A DNA stretch of 31,473 nucleotides from Elainellaceae cyanobacterium (GTDB taxonomy: Bacteria > Cyanobacteriota > Cyanobacteriia > CAZCXK01): positions 1 to 31,473 of the forward strand of contig JBNPEG010000123.1 in assembly GCA_051117555.1 (NCBI GenBank). The letters run 5' to 3'. Position numbers and translations under genes: made by a program. The notes beneath the pieces were generated by a model. It saw only the letters and a program-made list of their open reading frames with translations. It had not been told where the DNA came from and did not search any database. Positions 20,295 through 29,050 of this stretch are shown here, piece by piece. Position 1 is the stretch's first letter. Each line of letters begins with the position of its first letter.

Positions 20295-20771
20295 CTAAGC
20301 ATCAAGGGGATTCAAACGGCTCATTTCCCAAGTGGTATAGGTGCCAATAGGGCTCCAAATCACATACGGAATCAGTAAAAGAGTTGCCCAAGGTGAGACT
20401 GACCAGACAAGGATAGCAAGCAAGATTCCTAGAATAGCACCTATTCCTCCAATCAGAGTACCTACCTGTAGCCTACGCAACCACAGCATCAGCGGAGTGT
20501 ACGATACAGTAATAAGTTCTAAAGCCAAATAAAGACCCATCAAGCCCCACGTCACTGAGCTTCCGGGGTCTTGTTCCCAAACGATAACAGCCGATCCTGC
20601 ACCGCAGATAAAAATCACTGTCCAGATGATCGGAATTGCCTTTTCAAAGGTTAGCCAGTAAGGACGTCGCAGTCGTCTAAACCATCGAGCGCCTCTAGAA
20701 TTAACCAAGCTATTGCTCAAAAATGCTAGAAGAAGGGTGACTGCACCAATAACCAGCCAAGATTGGATCAT
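20295..20771 (-). CDS. tspO: TspO/MBR family tryptophan-rich sensory protein
   Basis: WF..LRRP.WL, IWT.IF and LL.PY..W motifs; five hydrophobic segments. Confidence 0.88.
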   Translation of the reverse strand: MIQSWLVIGAVTLLLAFLSNSLVNSRGARWFRRLRRPYWLTFEKAIPIIWTVIFICGAGSAVIVWEQDPGSSVTWGLMGLYLALELITVSYTPLMLWLRRLQVGTLIGGIGAILGILLAILVWSVSPWATLLLIPYVIWSPIGTYTTWEMSRLNPLDA

Positions 20772-20868
20772 GTATTGATTTCTCGCCAGGTTGATTCATT
20801 TGCTGATTCACTTAAGGCTAAGGCATTTGAGACGAGTGAAATTCCTTCTTTAGTAGGAATCTTTGCAA

Positions 20869-21900
20869 TTAGCCGCTCTCAAAGCCCAACAGCACATTAA
20901 CCGCATTGATGCCAATTTCCTCGACCGCATATCCGCCTTCCAGCACAAACAGCGTCGGCAGATTCGCGCTTGCGATCGCCCTCCCCATCCGACTATAGTC
21001 ATCCCCTTTCAGACGAAATCTAGAAATCGGGTCGCCCTCGAAGGTATCCACACCGAGAGAAATCAGCAACGCATCCGGCCTATAGTCACGAATGCGGCTC
21101 ATAGCGTGGGTTAATGCACCACTGTAGGTCTGCCAATCCGTGTTCCATCGCAGCGGATAATTGTGATTAAATCCATCCCCGTCTCCCGATCCAGTCTCAT
21201 CGTCGTACCCCAAGAAATAGGGGTAGTCTTGGGCTGGGTGCGCGTGAATTGAGAGAAACATCACGTCGGAGCGGTCGTAGAAGATCGCTTGAGTGCCGTT
21301 GCCGTGGTGATAATCGATATCTAGAATGGCAACCCGTTCGGCTCCCGCATCTCGAAACGCCTGAGCGGCGATCGCCACATTATTTAAGAAGCAATAGCCC
21401 CCATAGAAATCTTTACCCGCGTGATGTCCGGGGGGGCGGCAGAGAGAAAACGCGCTCCGTTTACCGTTGGCAATTAACGTCTGCCCCGTTAGTGCAACGT
21501 TCGCTGAAGCGGTAATAGCTTTCCAGGTGCCTTGGGTAATCGGAGTTCCAGCATCAAAGGAATAGTAACCAAGCTTGCCATCGAGCACCTCAGGAATGCG
21601 ATCGCTCCGCATCGTGCGGATTGCCCAATTGAGAGGCAAGGCATCATACTCTCCGTGCTCAATGCGCCACTGCTCCCACGCAGTTTGCAAAAACTCGACA
21701 TAGCCGCGATCGTGAATTCGATGAATCGGCTCTAGCCCAAACTCCCTCGGCGCAATCACCTCGCCCAATTGCATTGCCTTCACTGACGAGAGCACCATCT
21801 CTGCCCGGCGCGGCATTTCAAAGGGAGGCATCAGTTTGCCGTCATTGAGTTCGGCGGTCGCGTTTTGATATCGGTGATCGTCGCTATAAATCGTAATCAC
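20869..21900 (-). CDS. Histone deacetylase-family Zn hydrolase, acetylpolyamine amidohydrolase-like
   Basis: RPPGHH, GGYCF.NN, DIDYHHGNGTQ, SLGVD and EGGY catalytic motifs all intact; N-terminal EL..G.L.PPFE.P.RA resembles APAH enzymes; GTG start. Confidence 0.93.
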   Translation of the reverse strand: MITIYSDDHRYQNATAELNDGKLMPPFEMPRRAEMVLSSVKAMQLGEVIAPREFGLEPIHRIHDRGYVEFLQTAWEQWRIEHGEYDALPLNWAIRTMRSDRIPEVLDGKLGYYSFDAGTPITQGTWKAITASANVALTGQTLIANGKRSAFSLCRPPGHHAGKDFYGGYCFLNNVAIAAQAFRDAGAERVAILDIDYHHGNGTQAIFYDRSDVMFLSIHAHPAQDYPYFLGYDDETGSGDGDGFNHNYPLRWNTDWQTYSGALTHAMSRIRDYRPDALLISLGVDTFEGDPISRFRLKGDDYSRMGRAIASANLPTLFVLEGGYAVEEIGINAVNVLLGFESG

Positions 21901-21920
21901 GTAATGATCATCCCGTAAAC

Positions 21921-22199
21921 TTAGGCGATTTTAGCCGAATGATACTTCTCAAATACTCGCGCTTGTGCAGCTCGTTGGGTCGTCGTTGCGATAAAATCTA
22001 AATCATCCTGCGACAGCATTCCGCCCAATTCTTCTTGCAAAACTGCCATTAGCTTATCGGGCGTGATATAACTCTCGGCTGCGGCAAGATAGGCTCCAGC
22101 ATCACTCCCCAAATTAGGCCCTGCCTGAATGTCACACCCGGCAGCATCTTCAAGGTCTATTGACCGCATCAGCCACGCTTCATCCAATTCAAAGTACAT
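21921..22199 (-). CDS. Small acidic hypothetical protein, candidate GNAT partner or antitoxin
   Basis: 92-aa ATG ORF with upstream GAGG; 39 nt after the GNAT stop and 20 nt before the deacetylase start. Confidence 0.75.
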   Translation of the reverse strand: MYFELDEAWLMRSIDLEDAAGCDIQAGPNLGSDAGAYLAAAESYITPDKLMAVLQEELGGMLSQDDLDFIATTTQRAAQARVFEKYHSAKIA

Positions 22200-22238
22200 A
22201 CGATTTTATCAACCTCTATGTCTACGCTCATTGCTAAT

Positions 22239-22796
22239 TTACTCAGACGCATCGCCTAATTCAAAATAGGTCAAATGTTCTTTGTCTAAATCAGCTCCAA
22301 AATTGACCAGATTTCGCTTCGAATAAAATCCTTCTGCCTCAGGTAAGGCATGCAGACCGATGCGGCCACCATATCCTAATTCTAAGCTTCGCCAAATCGC
22401 GTAGTCGAGCATAGCACTACCAACCCCCTTATAGTCAGGGATATCTTGCATCGAATAGCGATTCCAAGGAGCCGTTGCCAAAAAATCGACGTAGACCAAA
22501 TGTTTGTCCGCTGCCTGCCGCGATCGATGCAGGTCTACCTCAAGCATCATCAGCCCTTGCGTGAGGCGATCGCACTCGATGGCATATTTCTCATGATTTA
22601 GCATCAGCTCAGTAGCTTTATGCTTACGGAGCCAACTCCAGTGGCGATCGCCCTGACGCGATGATTCAAGTCGAGGTCGCCAGTATTCCTTAAAGTCGTG
22701 TAGGTGTTGACTCGCTAGAGTCACTAATTGAGCTGTCACGACACGGTGGTCGCGAGTTCTGAGGAGCTTGATGGGGATGGAAACGTTTCTCTTCAA
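22239..22796 (-). CDS. GNAT-family N-acetyltransferase (toxin-like)
   Basis: YVDFLATAPWNR...YKGVGSAML acetyl-CoA motif A and GLHALPEAEGFY motif B; TTG start with an in-frame stop upstream. Confidence 0.8.
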   Translation of the reverse strand: MKRNVSIPIKLLRTRDHRVVTAQLVTLASQHLHDFKEYWRPRLESSRQGDRHWSWLRKHKATELMLNHEKYAIECDRLTQGLMMLEVDLHRSRQAADKHLVYVDFLATAPWNRYSMQDIPDYKGVGSAMLDYAIWRSLELGYGGRIGLHALPEAEGFYSKRNLVNFGADLDKEHLTYFELGDASE

Positions 22797-23082
22797 AGCC
22801 GATGACTCGCTGGAGGGGGTCGTCAGAGAAGAAGAATGTCTGGCAGCTCCCGATCGAGAGATTCAAAATAAAATGTCTCGTCTCAGGACAGGGCGCAGTT
22901 CAATTGCAATCACAGCTATCTGCCTAACCCCGATCGCCTGACGACAGATTGGCTCATTCCCTTCTCCTCTAGGTATTCAGCCATTCAAGCTCATCATCAG
23001 AAAGATTAGGAACGATTTTAGAGAAATTAGCAGGGTCTTGTTTAATCGTGACACCCTGCTAGAAACTGAGTTGGCATAGGTT

Positions 23083-23529
23083 TCAATGACTTGGCGGCTG
23101 AACGAGCGTTTCGACAATACCAACGAGGCGATCGATAGTTCGCTCCTGTCTTTCGGCATCAGACGAATTTCGGTAAGTCCTTCAGGGAATATACCAATCT
23201 GGTGGATCAACCTCTCAAGCTGGCGATCAATTGCCTGACTTGACTCACGCGTTTGGCGATAGTGCTCTTGAATAGGGGCAATCGCATTAATCGCATTAAT
23301 CGCATTAATCGCATTAATCGCATTAATCGCATTAATAAGTTGGCGGTTGTTTTAAGATGTTTGCCGCTGTTTTGGCATGTCGAGGCATCGCATTAATAAG
23401 TTGGGTGATAGTCCTTTGGGACTGGTCTTTGACCATCGCATAATCAGATTCTCGTTGTCCTTCCTGGAAAATCTCAGTTAATCGAAGCAGGCATTCGACA
23501 AGAGCATTAAGCCGACGGTCTACATTCAT
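23083..23529 (-). pseudogene. Doubly frameshifted small coiled-coil protein gene with internal 9-bp repeat expansion
   Basis: Manual translation joins MNVDRRLNALVE... (frame A), RQL(INA)6IAP...QLERLIHQIGIFPEGLTEIRL (frame B) and ERQERTIDRLVGIVETLVQPPSH* (frame A) via shifts near 23350 and 23158. Confidence 0.6.
23280..23333. repeat. Tandem repeat (AATCGCATT)x6
   Basis: Six perfect 9-bp copies; ATCGCATTAATAAGTTGG also recurs about 60 bp to the right. Confidence 0.95.
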
Positions 23530-23614
23530 CGCATTCTGATATAAGCAACTGTTGGTTCTCTTTAGAATGCAATAGTATGCAATATGCGATCGCTCTGGGC
23601 AATCCTTAGCTCTG

Positions 23615-25891
23615 TTAGGTCTGTTTCGAGGAGAGGTGACTCCAATCGGTAATATCTCGAATGTCGCGATCGCTCAATCCATAAAGCTCATACACGATTC
23701 GGTCAATTTGAGCATCCAACGATTGAATTAATTGCGGCCAATCAGATCTGTCAGGTTCAGAGTGTTTCTTCTGATGGGCTGAAAGCAGTTGGTTGACTAG
23801 GGCAATTAGTTGCCTAGACTGATCCGGCGTTGAGATGTTGGAATCCGTCCAACTAATCGGAATCATTTGAAGTTGCGGAGGGCCAATCCTGAGATAGCCC
23901 CCATTCAAACAGTTTCCACGAAAGGTTTGCGAAAAATAGAACTGAATGAGCTGACTATTGAGCAATCCCAATAGATACAGCAGCGAAACAGTCCCGTCAC
24001 TGGGCACAATAATTGAGGTAGATTTTCCGGCTAAAACGCAGCCACTCAAATCTACCGCACATTCCAAGCGTCGCGTCATGCCCGCAACAATCAGTTTGGG
24101 GTGCGTGGCTTGCTGATAGCGTTTTTTAGGAAGCGATTCAGCAAACGTATGAGGAATGATGGGATGCTGATACGTCGCTCCGAGATAGCGCATCCGCTTC
24201 TTGCCCCACAGCAAACAATACCGATCGACCGTGCCGCTGTTAATCAGCATTAAATCTCCCGATTGCAATGACGCAGAATCTCGAATGAGCGCCTGGAATG
24301 CATAGGCTTCTGAAACAGTAGCGGCTCCCCAAACCTGGGCAACCTGTCGAAGCAGCGGAAATTTCTCCCGTAATCGGTGAATCACATCAACCTGTCTTGC
24401 GCTAGCATTCAACAACCAAGGACGATTCGGCATCGCCACATGATTGTGGTAGTCGAGCAGCCGCACCTGCTGAGATCGAGTCAAGTCCTGCATACGTTCG
24501 TAGCGGACGGGGGGCGCATCGTCTGCCTTACCACAACGGACAAGATATACCAGCGGATAGACCGCCACTGAAAATACAGGGACGTGAGCATAATCCCGGA
24601 GTTTGATGAGCTGATTGTCGCACGCTAAGAGCGATCGCACAGGAGCCGCATAGTCTGCCGAGGCTAGCTTATTCGGCACGATAAAGCTGTGAAATCCTCC
24701 AGGCGTGCAAAGCTCCAACGCCCTCTCGATAAACACGCAGAATAAATCCCAGTTGCCAACCGCTGATTTGTAGCGGGTGGTGCAGTAGGCACGCCAATCG
24801 GGGAGATAGTGCGTCATCCACTCCGAGTCAACATAGGGGGGGTTGCCGATAACAATATCGAAATGGTGGGGTTGGAAAGTGGAATGGAGTGGGGAGGCTG
24901 GCTCACGATCGATGAGAACATTGCCGCAGCGGAGAGTTTGGCTCAAGTCAGGCAGACCATGGGGCTGAGGATTGGGACAATCTTGAAGCAGTTGCAGCAG
25001 TAACCCGGTGCGGGTGATGGCGATCGCCTCAGCATCAATATCAACTCCGAAGATACAGTCCACCAATATACGCGATCGCTCAGCAAAGGTAAGCTGCCAG
25101 TGTCCGTTAGCATCTTGCTGGATAGGCATGGGATTGACCCCAGTGAATCCGAGTGACTCTGCCTCCAAACCAGAGAGATAGCGCTGGAGATGCCAATCGA
25201 GCAAATACTGATACGCCGTTGTGAGAAATATACTTCCGCCGCAGGCAGGGTCAAGAATGCGGGGCAAGCCAGAAGAACCGGGGACTTGATGCTCAAACCA
25301 ACAGTCTAGAGCGTCTCGAACCATGCTGGTAGCGATCGCTTGAGGGGTGTAATATATCCCACCCGACTTTCTATGATTCTGAGGTTTAGCTGACTGATGA
25401 CTCGTCGGATTTGAGCGGTGTGTCAGACTCGTTGGGCGACTGTCCACGAGTTGTTCATACGCTTGACCCAACAATCCAACAGACAGGTGACTGGCACTGT
25501 CATTCACCGAGCCTGAGCACATCCCATCATGGATGTCGATATCAATATCGGAGGATAGAGACGACAGCCATAGTTCTGGAATCAAGCAGTCCCACTGAGC
25601 ATTCAACGATTGCAACTGCTCTCGCAGCGATTTTGTACTATAGGTTGATGGGTATTTTGCCCTGTCATACTTCTGTCGTGCAGGAGGGCGATCGCCAACC
25701 GGCGTTGAAAGTAGTCCAATCTGATGGCAAAGCCAGCCACTCACGATGCAGAGGATCAGGTGCCGAGCGGCTTGATCGCGTTCTTGCAAATCAATCTGCG
25801 GGTGTTGCGTGGCAATCTGAGTGGCGATCGCCTGTTGCCACTGATGTATCTGCTTCAATATCATTTTCGGAACGGTTTTTGGATCACCCAT
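23615..25891 (-). CDS. Gamma-class N6-adenine DNA methyltransferase (Eco57I/Type IIG-like, TaqI-C-like TRD) with no recognisable nuclease domain
   Basis: RK.GG.YYTP, ILDPACG, IFGVDID, GNPPY, DLF..FIERA, YLLGLLNS and IDRIVYELYGL motifs in gamma-class order. Confidence 0.88.
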   Translation of the reverse strand: MGDPKTVPKMILKQIHQWQQAIATQIATQHPQIDLQERDQAARHLILCIVSGWLCHQIGLLSTPVGDRPPARQKYDRAKYPSTYSTKSLREQLQSLNAQWDCLIPELWLSSLSSDIDIDIHDGMCSGSVNDSASHLSVGLLGQAYEQLVDSRPTSLTHRSNPTSHQSAKPQNHRKSGGIYYTPQAIATSMVRDALDCWFEHQVPGSSGLPRILDPACGGSIFLTTAYQYLLDWHLQRYLSGLEAESLGFTGVNPMPIQQDANGHWQLTFAERSRILVDCIFGVDIDAEAIAITRTGLLLQLLQDCPNPQPHGLPDLSQTLRCGNVLIDREPASPLHSTFQPHHFDIVIGNPPYVDSEWMTHYLPDWRAYCTTRYKSAVGNWDLFCVFIERALELCTPGGFHSFIVPNKLASADYAAPVRSLLACDNQLIKLRDYAHVPVFSVAVYPLVYLVRCGKADDAPPVRYERMQDLTRSQQVRLLDYHNHVAMPNRPWLLNASARQVDVIHRLREKFPLLRQVAQVWGAATVSEAYAFQALIRDSASLQSGDLMLINSGTVDRYCLLWGKKRMRYLGATYQHPIIPHTFAESLPKKRYQQATHPKLIVAGMTRRLECAVDLSGCVLAGKSTSIIVPSDGTVSLLYLLGLLNSQLIQFYFSQTFRGNCLNGGYLRIGPPQLQMIPISWTDSNISTPDQSRQLIALVNQLLSAHQKKHSEPDRSDWPQLIQSLDAQIDRIVYELYGLSDRDIRDITDWSHLSSKQT

Positions 25892-25962
25892 TCATACAAT
25901 TGAACTTGCTAAGCTCACGGTATAACAGTCATTAACATTGAGCATCACGGAAGAGAGCATTC

Positions 25963-26670
25963 ATGTATATAATCCTCGGCGGAGCAGGGATGATGGGGCT
26001 TCGGTTAGCTCATCGGCTTCTAGAAATGGAGCATACCGTTGCCGTGGTCGATACTGACCCGGTGGCATGTCAATATGCCCGTGAAAAAATTGGCGTGATG
26101 GCGTTCGAAGGCAGCGCAGTTAGCACAACGGTCTTACTGGAAGCTGGAATTCGCAAAGCCGATGCTGTGGTCGCAACCCTCAGCAGCGATGCGCTTAATT
26201 TAGCGCTGGTGACGCTTTCAAAGCATTATGGCGTTCCTCACATTGTCGTTCGCATGAGTGAGCGCGACTTTGCCGAACCCTATCGGATTGCAGGCGCAAG
26301 TCATGTGATTAGTTCCATCGATTTGGCCGTCACCACCATGGCAAACGCGATTGAGTATCCAGAAGTCGAATCGATGATGCACTTTGAGCAAGGGCAGGTG
26401 GAAGTTCTGAAATTGCCTGTCCCTGGTGATTGCTACATCGCCGGACGCACCGTTGCCCAAATTGCTCAAGATCCTCGATTTCCAGCCGGGTCGCTGATTA
26501 TTGGCTATCAGTGCCATCCCCATCAGGATTTGATTATTCCAAATGGCAGCACGGTTTTGGAAGAAGGCTCAACCATTTTAGTTGTGACCAAGCCCGATCT
26601 GGTTCATCAGCTAATTGATTTCGTAGGACTGTGTTCTAGTCATCTTCCAACCTTAGAAGTTGTGTATTAA
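25963..26670 (+). CDS. TrkA/KtrA-family RCK-domain protein (TrkA_N + TrkA_C)
   Basis: GAGMMG nucleotide-binding loop, L.EAGI.KAD.VVA...D..NL, IIPNG.TVL. Confidence 0.9.
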   Translation: MYIILGGAGMMGLRLAHRLLEMEHTVAVVDTDPVACQYAREKIGVMAFEGSAVSTTVLLEAGIRKADAVVATLSSDALNLALVTLSKHYGVPHIVVRMSERDFAEPYRIAGASHVISSIDLAVTTMANAIEYPEVESMMHFEQGQVEVLKLPVPGDCYIAGRTVAQIAQDPRFPAGSLIIGYQCHPHQDLIIPNGSTVLEEGSTILVVTKPDLVHQLIDFVGLCSSHLPTLEVVY

Positions 26671-28267
26671 TCTCTCCAATATAGGCTTGCACGACATCCT
26701 CCGATAAAATCCGTTTGCGCAGAGCATCGTTCAGCGCGCCTTTTTCAGCCAGTAAGAGCCGTCGCCGAATCGCGTCTAGCTTAATGTCATCACCCTGGAT
26801 AGACACATCGGGCGATCGCTGGTTGTAGAGTTCTCGTAGAGTCCGCTCTGATGAGGCGATGCGGGCTTGATAGGCAGCTCGCATTTCTTCATAAATAGCC
26901 TTGGGCAAAATGCCCGAATTTAGAAGACTGTCTAGTTCTTCCTGCGCCGCCTTAGACGCAATCAACTGAAGCTGCAACGCCTCCATCTGCTGACGCACAT
27001 TGGAGAATGTGGACAGCCGCAGACGCTTCACGAGCCACGGCAAACTTAATCCCTGTCCCACGAGAGACACCAGCACCGCTCCAAACAACAGCGCAACCAC
27101 CGTGTCTCGCTCCGGCAATGCTAGCGGAATGCTTAGTGCTAGCGCCATCGAGAGAGAGCCTTTCACATTACCTAGAAACAATACATGCTGCCATTTGAAC
27201 GGAATCGGGCGATCGAAAAATCGTAGTAGTGCTAGCAATGGATACACCGAAAGCATTCGACCCGCCTGATAAATGACCACGGCAAGCAGTACCGACGGCA
27301 GTATAGACCCGAACGTGGTTAGATTGACCTCTAAGCCAATCAGCAAAAAAATAAACGTATTGACGCTAAAGCTGGCATACTCCCAGAAACTGAGCAGAGT
27401 GATGCGTGTCGATGCTGACGATTCGCGGGATAATCCAATGTTGCCAATCACCAATCCTGCCACCACGACCGCAACCGCTCCCGACACCCCCACAAACTGA
27501 CCGATTTGGAACGCGCCTAGCGCCACTGCCACGGTCAACAGAATGCTGCTCAACGCATCATCAGACTGACGGAACAGACCCACGGTCAAATATCCCAATC
27601 CAAGCCCTAAAACAGCTTCCCCCCCGATCACTACGAACAGTTGTTGCAGCCCATCTAGAACTGTGAATTCGCCTTGAGAATAGACGCGCACCACCAGATT
27701 AAAGAGAACGAGAGCGACGCCATCATTAAACAAACTTTCCCCTTCAACAATGGTGGAAAGCCGTGATGGAACCGGGACTTCCTTAAACACGGCAATCACC
27801 GAAACCGTATCCGTAATAGCCAGAATAATCCCTGCGAAGAGAGCCGGAATCCAGGCAAAATCTAAGCCGAATTTGATCAAAACGGCAGTCACTCCAGACG
27901 CTACTATGATTCCTGGCCCTGCCAATAGCATGATAGGTTTGACCGTACTGCGAAGGCGGCTAATGTCGGTGTTGATCGCGGCCTCAAACACCAGAATCGG
28001 TAAAAACAAATTCAACACCAGCGACGGATCAAGCCCGATACGCTGCGGTAAGAGTTCGGTGATGGCTAATCCTGCAAGCACCAAGCCTGTGACATAGGGA
28101 AGCCGCAATCGCCGGGTCACAAGCGCGACAGCCGTAGCAACCAGCAACAGAATGATGAGAATGGGAATGAGTTCAGAGACATTTCCAGGCAGTTCTGGGT
28201 CTGGCAGATTGGGGGTTGGCACGCTGGTTTGTGCCAAGGACCGTAGATGAAAAAAGCAGACAATCAC
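26636..28267 (-). CDS. CPA1/NhaP-type Na+/H+ antiporter
   Basis: FLP.LVFEAA, AITD.VSV.A.F, GESLFNDG, FWEY..F and KGSLSMAL motifs; start uncertain (possibly TTG at 28237). Confidence 0.93.
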   Translation of the reverse strand: MIVCFFHLRSLAQTSVPTPNLPDPELPGNVSELIPILIILLLVATAVALVTRRLRLPYVTGLVLAGLAITELLPQRIGLDPSLVLNLFLPILVFEAAINTDISRLRSTVKPIMLLAGPGIIVASGVTAVLIKFGLDFAWIPALFAGIILAITDTVSVIAVFKEVPVPSRLSTIVEGESLFNDGVALVLFNLVVRVYSQGEFTVLDGLQQLFVVIGGEAVLGLGLGYLTVGLFRQSDDALSSILLTVAVALGAFQIGQFVGVSGAVAVVVAGLVIGNIGLSRESSASTRITLLSFWEYASFSVNTFIFLLIGLEVNLTTFGSILPSVLLAVVIYQAGRMLSVYPLLALLRFFDRPIPFKWQHVLFLGNVKGSLSMALALSIPLALPERDTVVALLFGAVLVSLVGQGLSLPWLVKRLRLSTFSNVRQQMEALQLQLIASKAAQEELDSLLNSGILPKAIYEEMRAAYQARIASSERTLRELYNQRSPDVSIQGDDIKLDAIRRRLLLAEKGALNDALRKRILSEDVVQAYIGEINTQLLRLEDD

Positions 28268-28335
28268 TTAAATTTTGTGCAACGAGGACGCAAGCATTGT
28301 CTGGTGTTTTATCTAAGAATGGCAATATAGATGCC

Positions 28336-29007
28336 TTAGGCGATCGCCCGAATGCACTCTGGGCTATCATTTTGCGGATTATTAACCACCATACTGACGG
28401 GATAGTGAATCATCTGCTGGGCATCATACGGGCGTAAAAGCGGCTGCAAGGATTTTGCATCCTGCACTTCTGGATTGAGCCAACGATCATAATCGTCGGG
28501 GTTAAGAATCACGGGCATGCGGTTGTGAATCGGGCGTAGCAATTCATTGGGCTCGGTCGTCACGATCGTACACGACTCAATTTCGCTGCCGTCTGCATGT
28601 TGCCAGTGTTCCCATAGCCCTGCAAAGCCAAAGGGTTGATGATGATCGAGCTGGATATAAAACGGTTGCTTGCCCTCATCCGTCTTTTTCCATTCATAAA
28701 AACCATCCGCCACCACCAAACACCGTCGTCGCTTAAACGCAGTCCGAAATGACGGTTTCTCGGTCACGGTTTCGGCTCGCGCGTTAATCATCCGAGCCCC
28801 AATCTTGGGGTCATCCGCCCAAGACGGAATCAGTCCCCAATGCATGTAGGTAAATTTTCGCGCCGGAGAATTTGTCGTCTGGAACACAACAGGAACAGCC
28901 TGCGTCGGCGAGATATTGTAACGAGGCTTTACAGGGGGAATCTCTGAAAGCTGAAAAACGTCGGCAATGGATTGGTCGGATTGGCTGAGGGTAAAACGTC
29001 CGCACAT
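28336..29007 (-). CDS. SOS response-associated peptidase (SRAP, YedK/HMCES) abasic-site protection protein
   Basis: MCGRF N-terminus (catalytic Cys2 fixes the start at 29007), RYNISP, WGL, INARAET, GFYEW, IHNRMP. Confidence 0.95.
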   Translation of the reverse strand: MCGRFTLSQSDQSIADVFQLSEIPPVKPRYNISPTQAVPVVFQTTNSPARKFTYMHWGLIPSWADDPKIGARMINARAETVTEKPSFRTAFKRRRCLVVADGFYEWKKTDEGKQPFYIQLDHHQPFGFAGLWEHWQHADGSEIESCTIVTTEPNELLRPIHNRMPVILNPDDYDRWLNPEVQDAKSLQPLLRPYDAQQMIHYPVSMVVNNPQNDSPECIRAIA

Positions 29008-29050
29008 GGCAAATCTCGTCGTTTGAGCAAACATTTACAAATCAATATCA

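Noticed and set aside
22977..23210. Stand-alone 77-aa ORF
   Set aside because: Better explained as the middle fragment of the frameshifted gene at 23083-23529 running on out of frame.
23615..25891. Methyltransferase as the HIP1-associated methylase
   Set aside because: HIP1-linked enzymes are a CGATCG C5 methylase and a Dam-like GATC methylase; this one is a large gamma-class enzyme of unknown specificity.
25411..25935. 174-aa + strand ORF
   Set aside because: Antisense shadow of the methyltransferase with no recognisable motifs.
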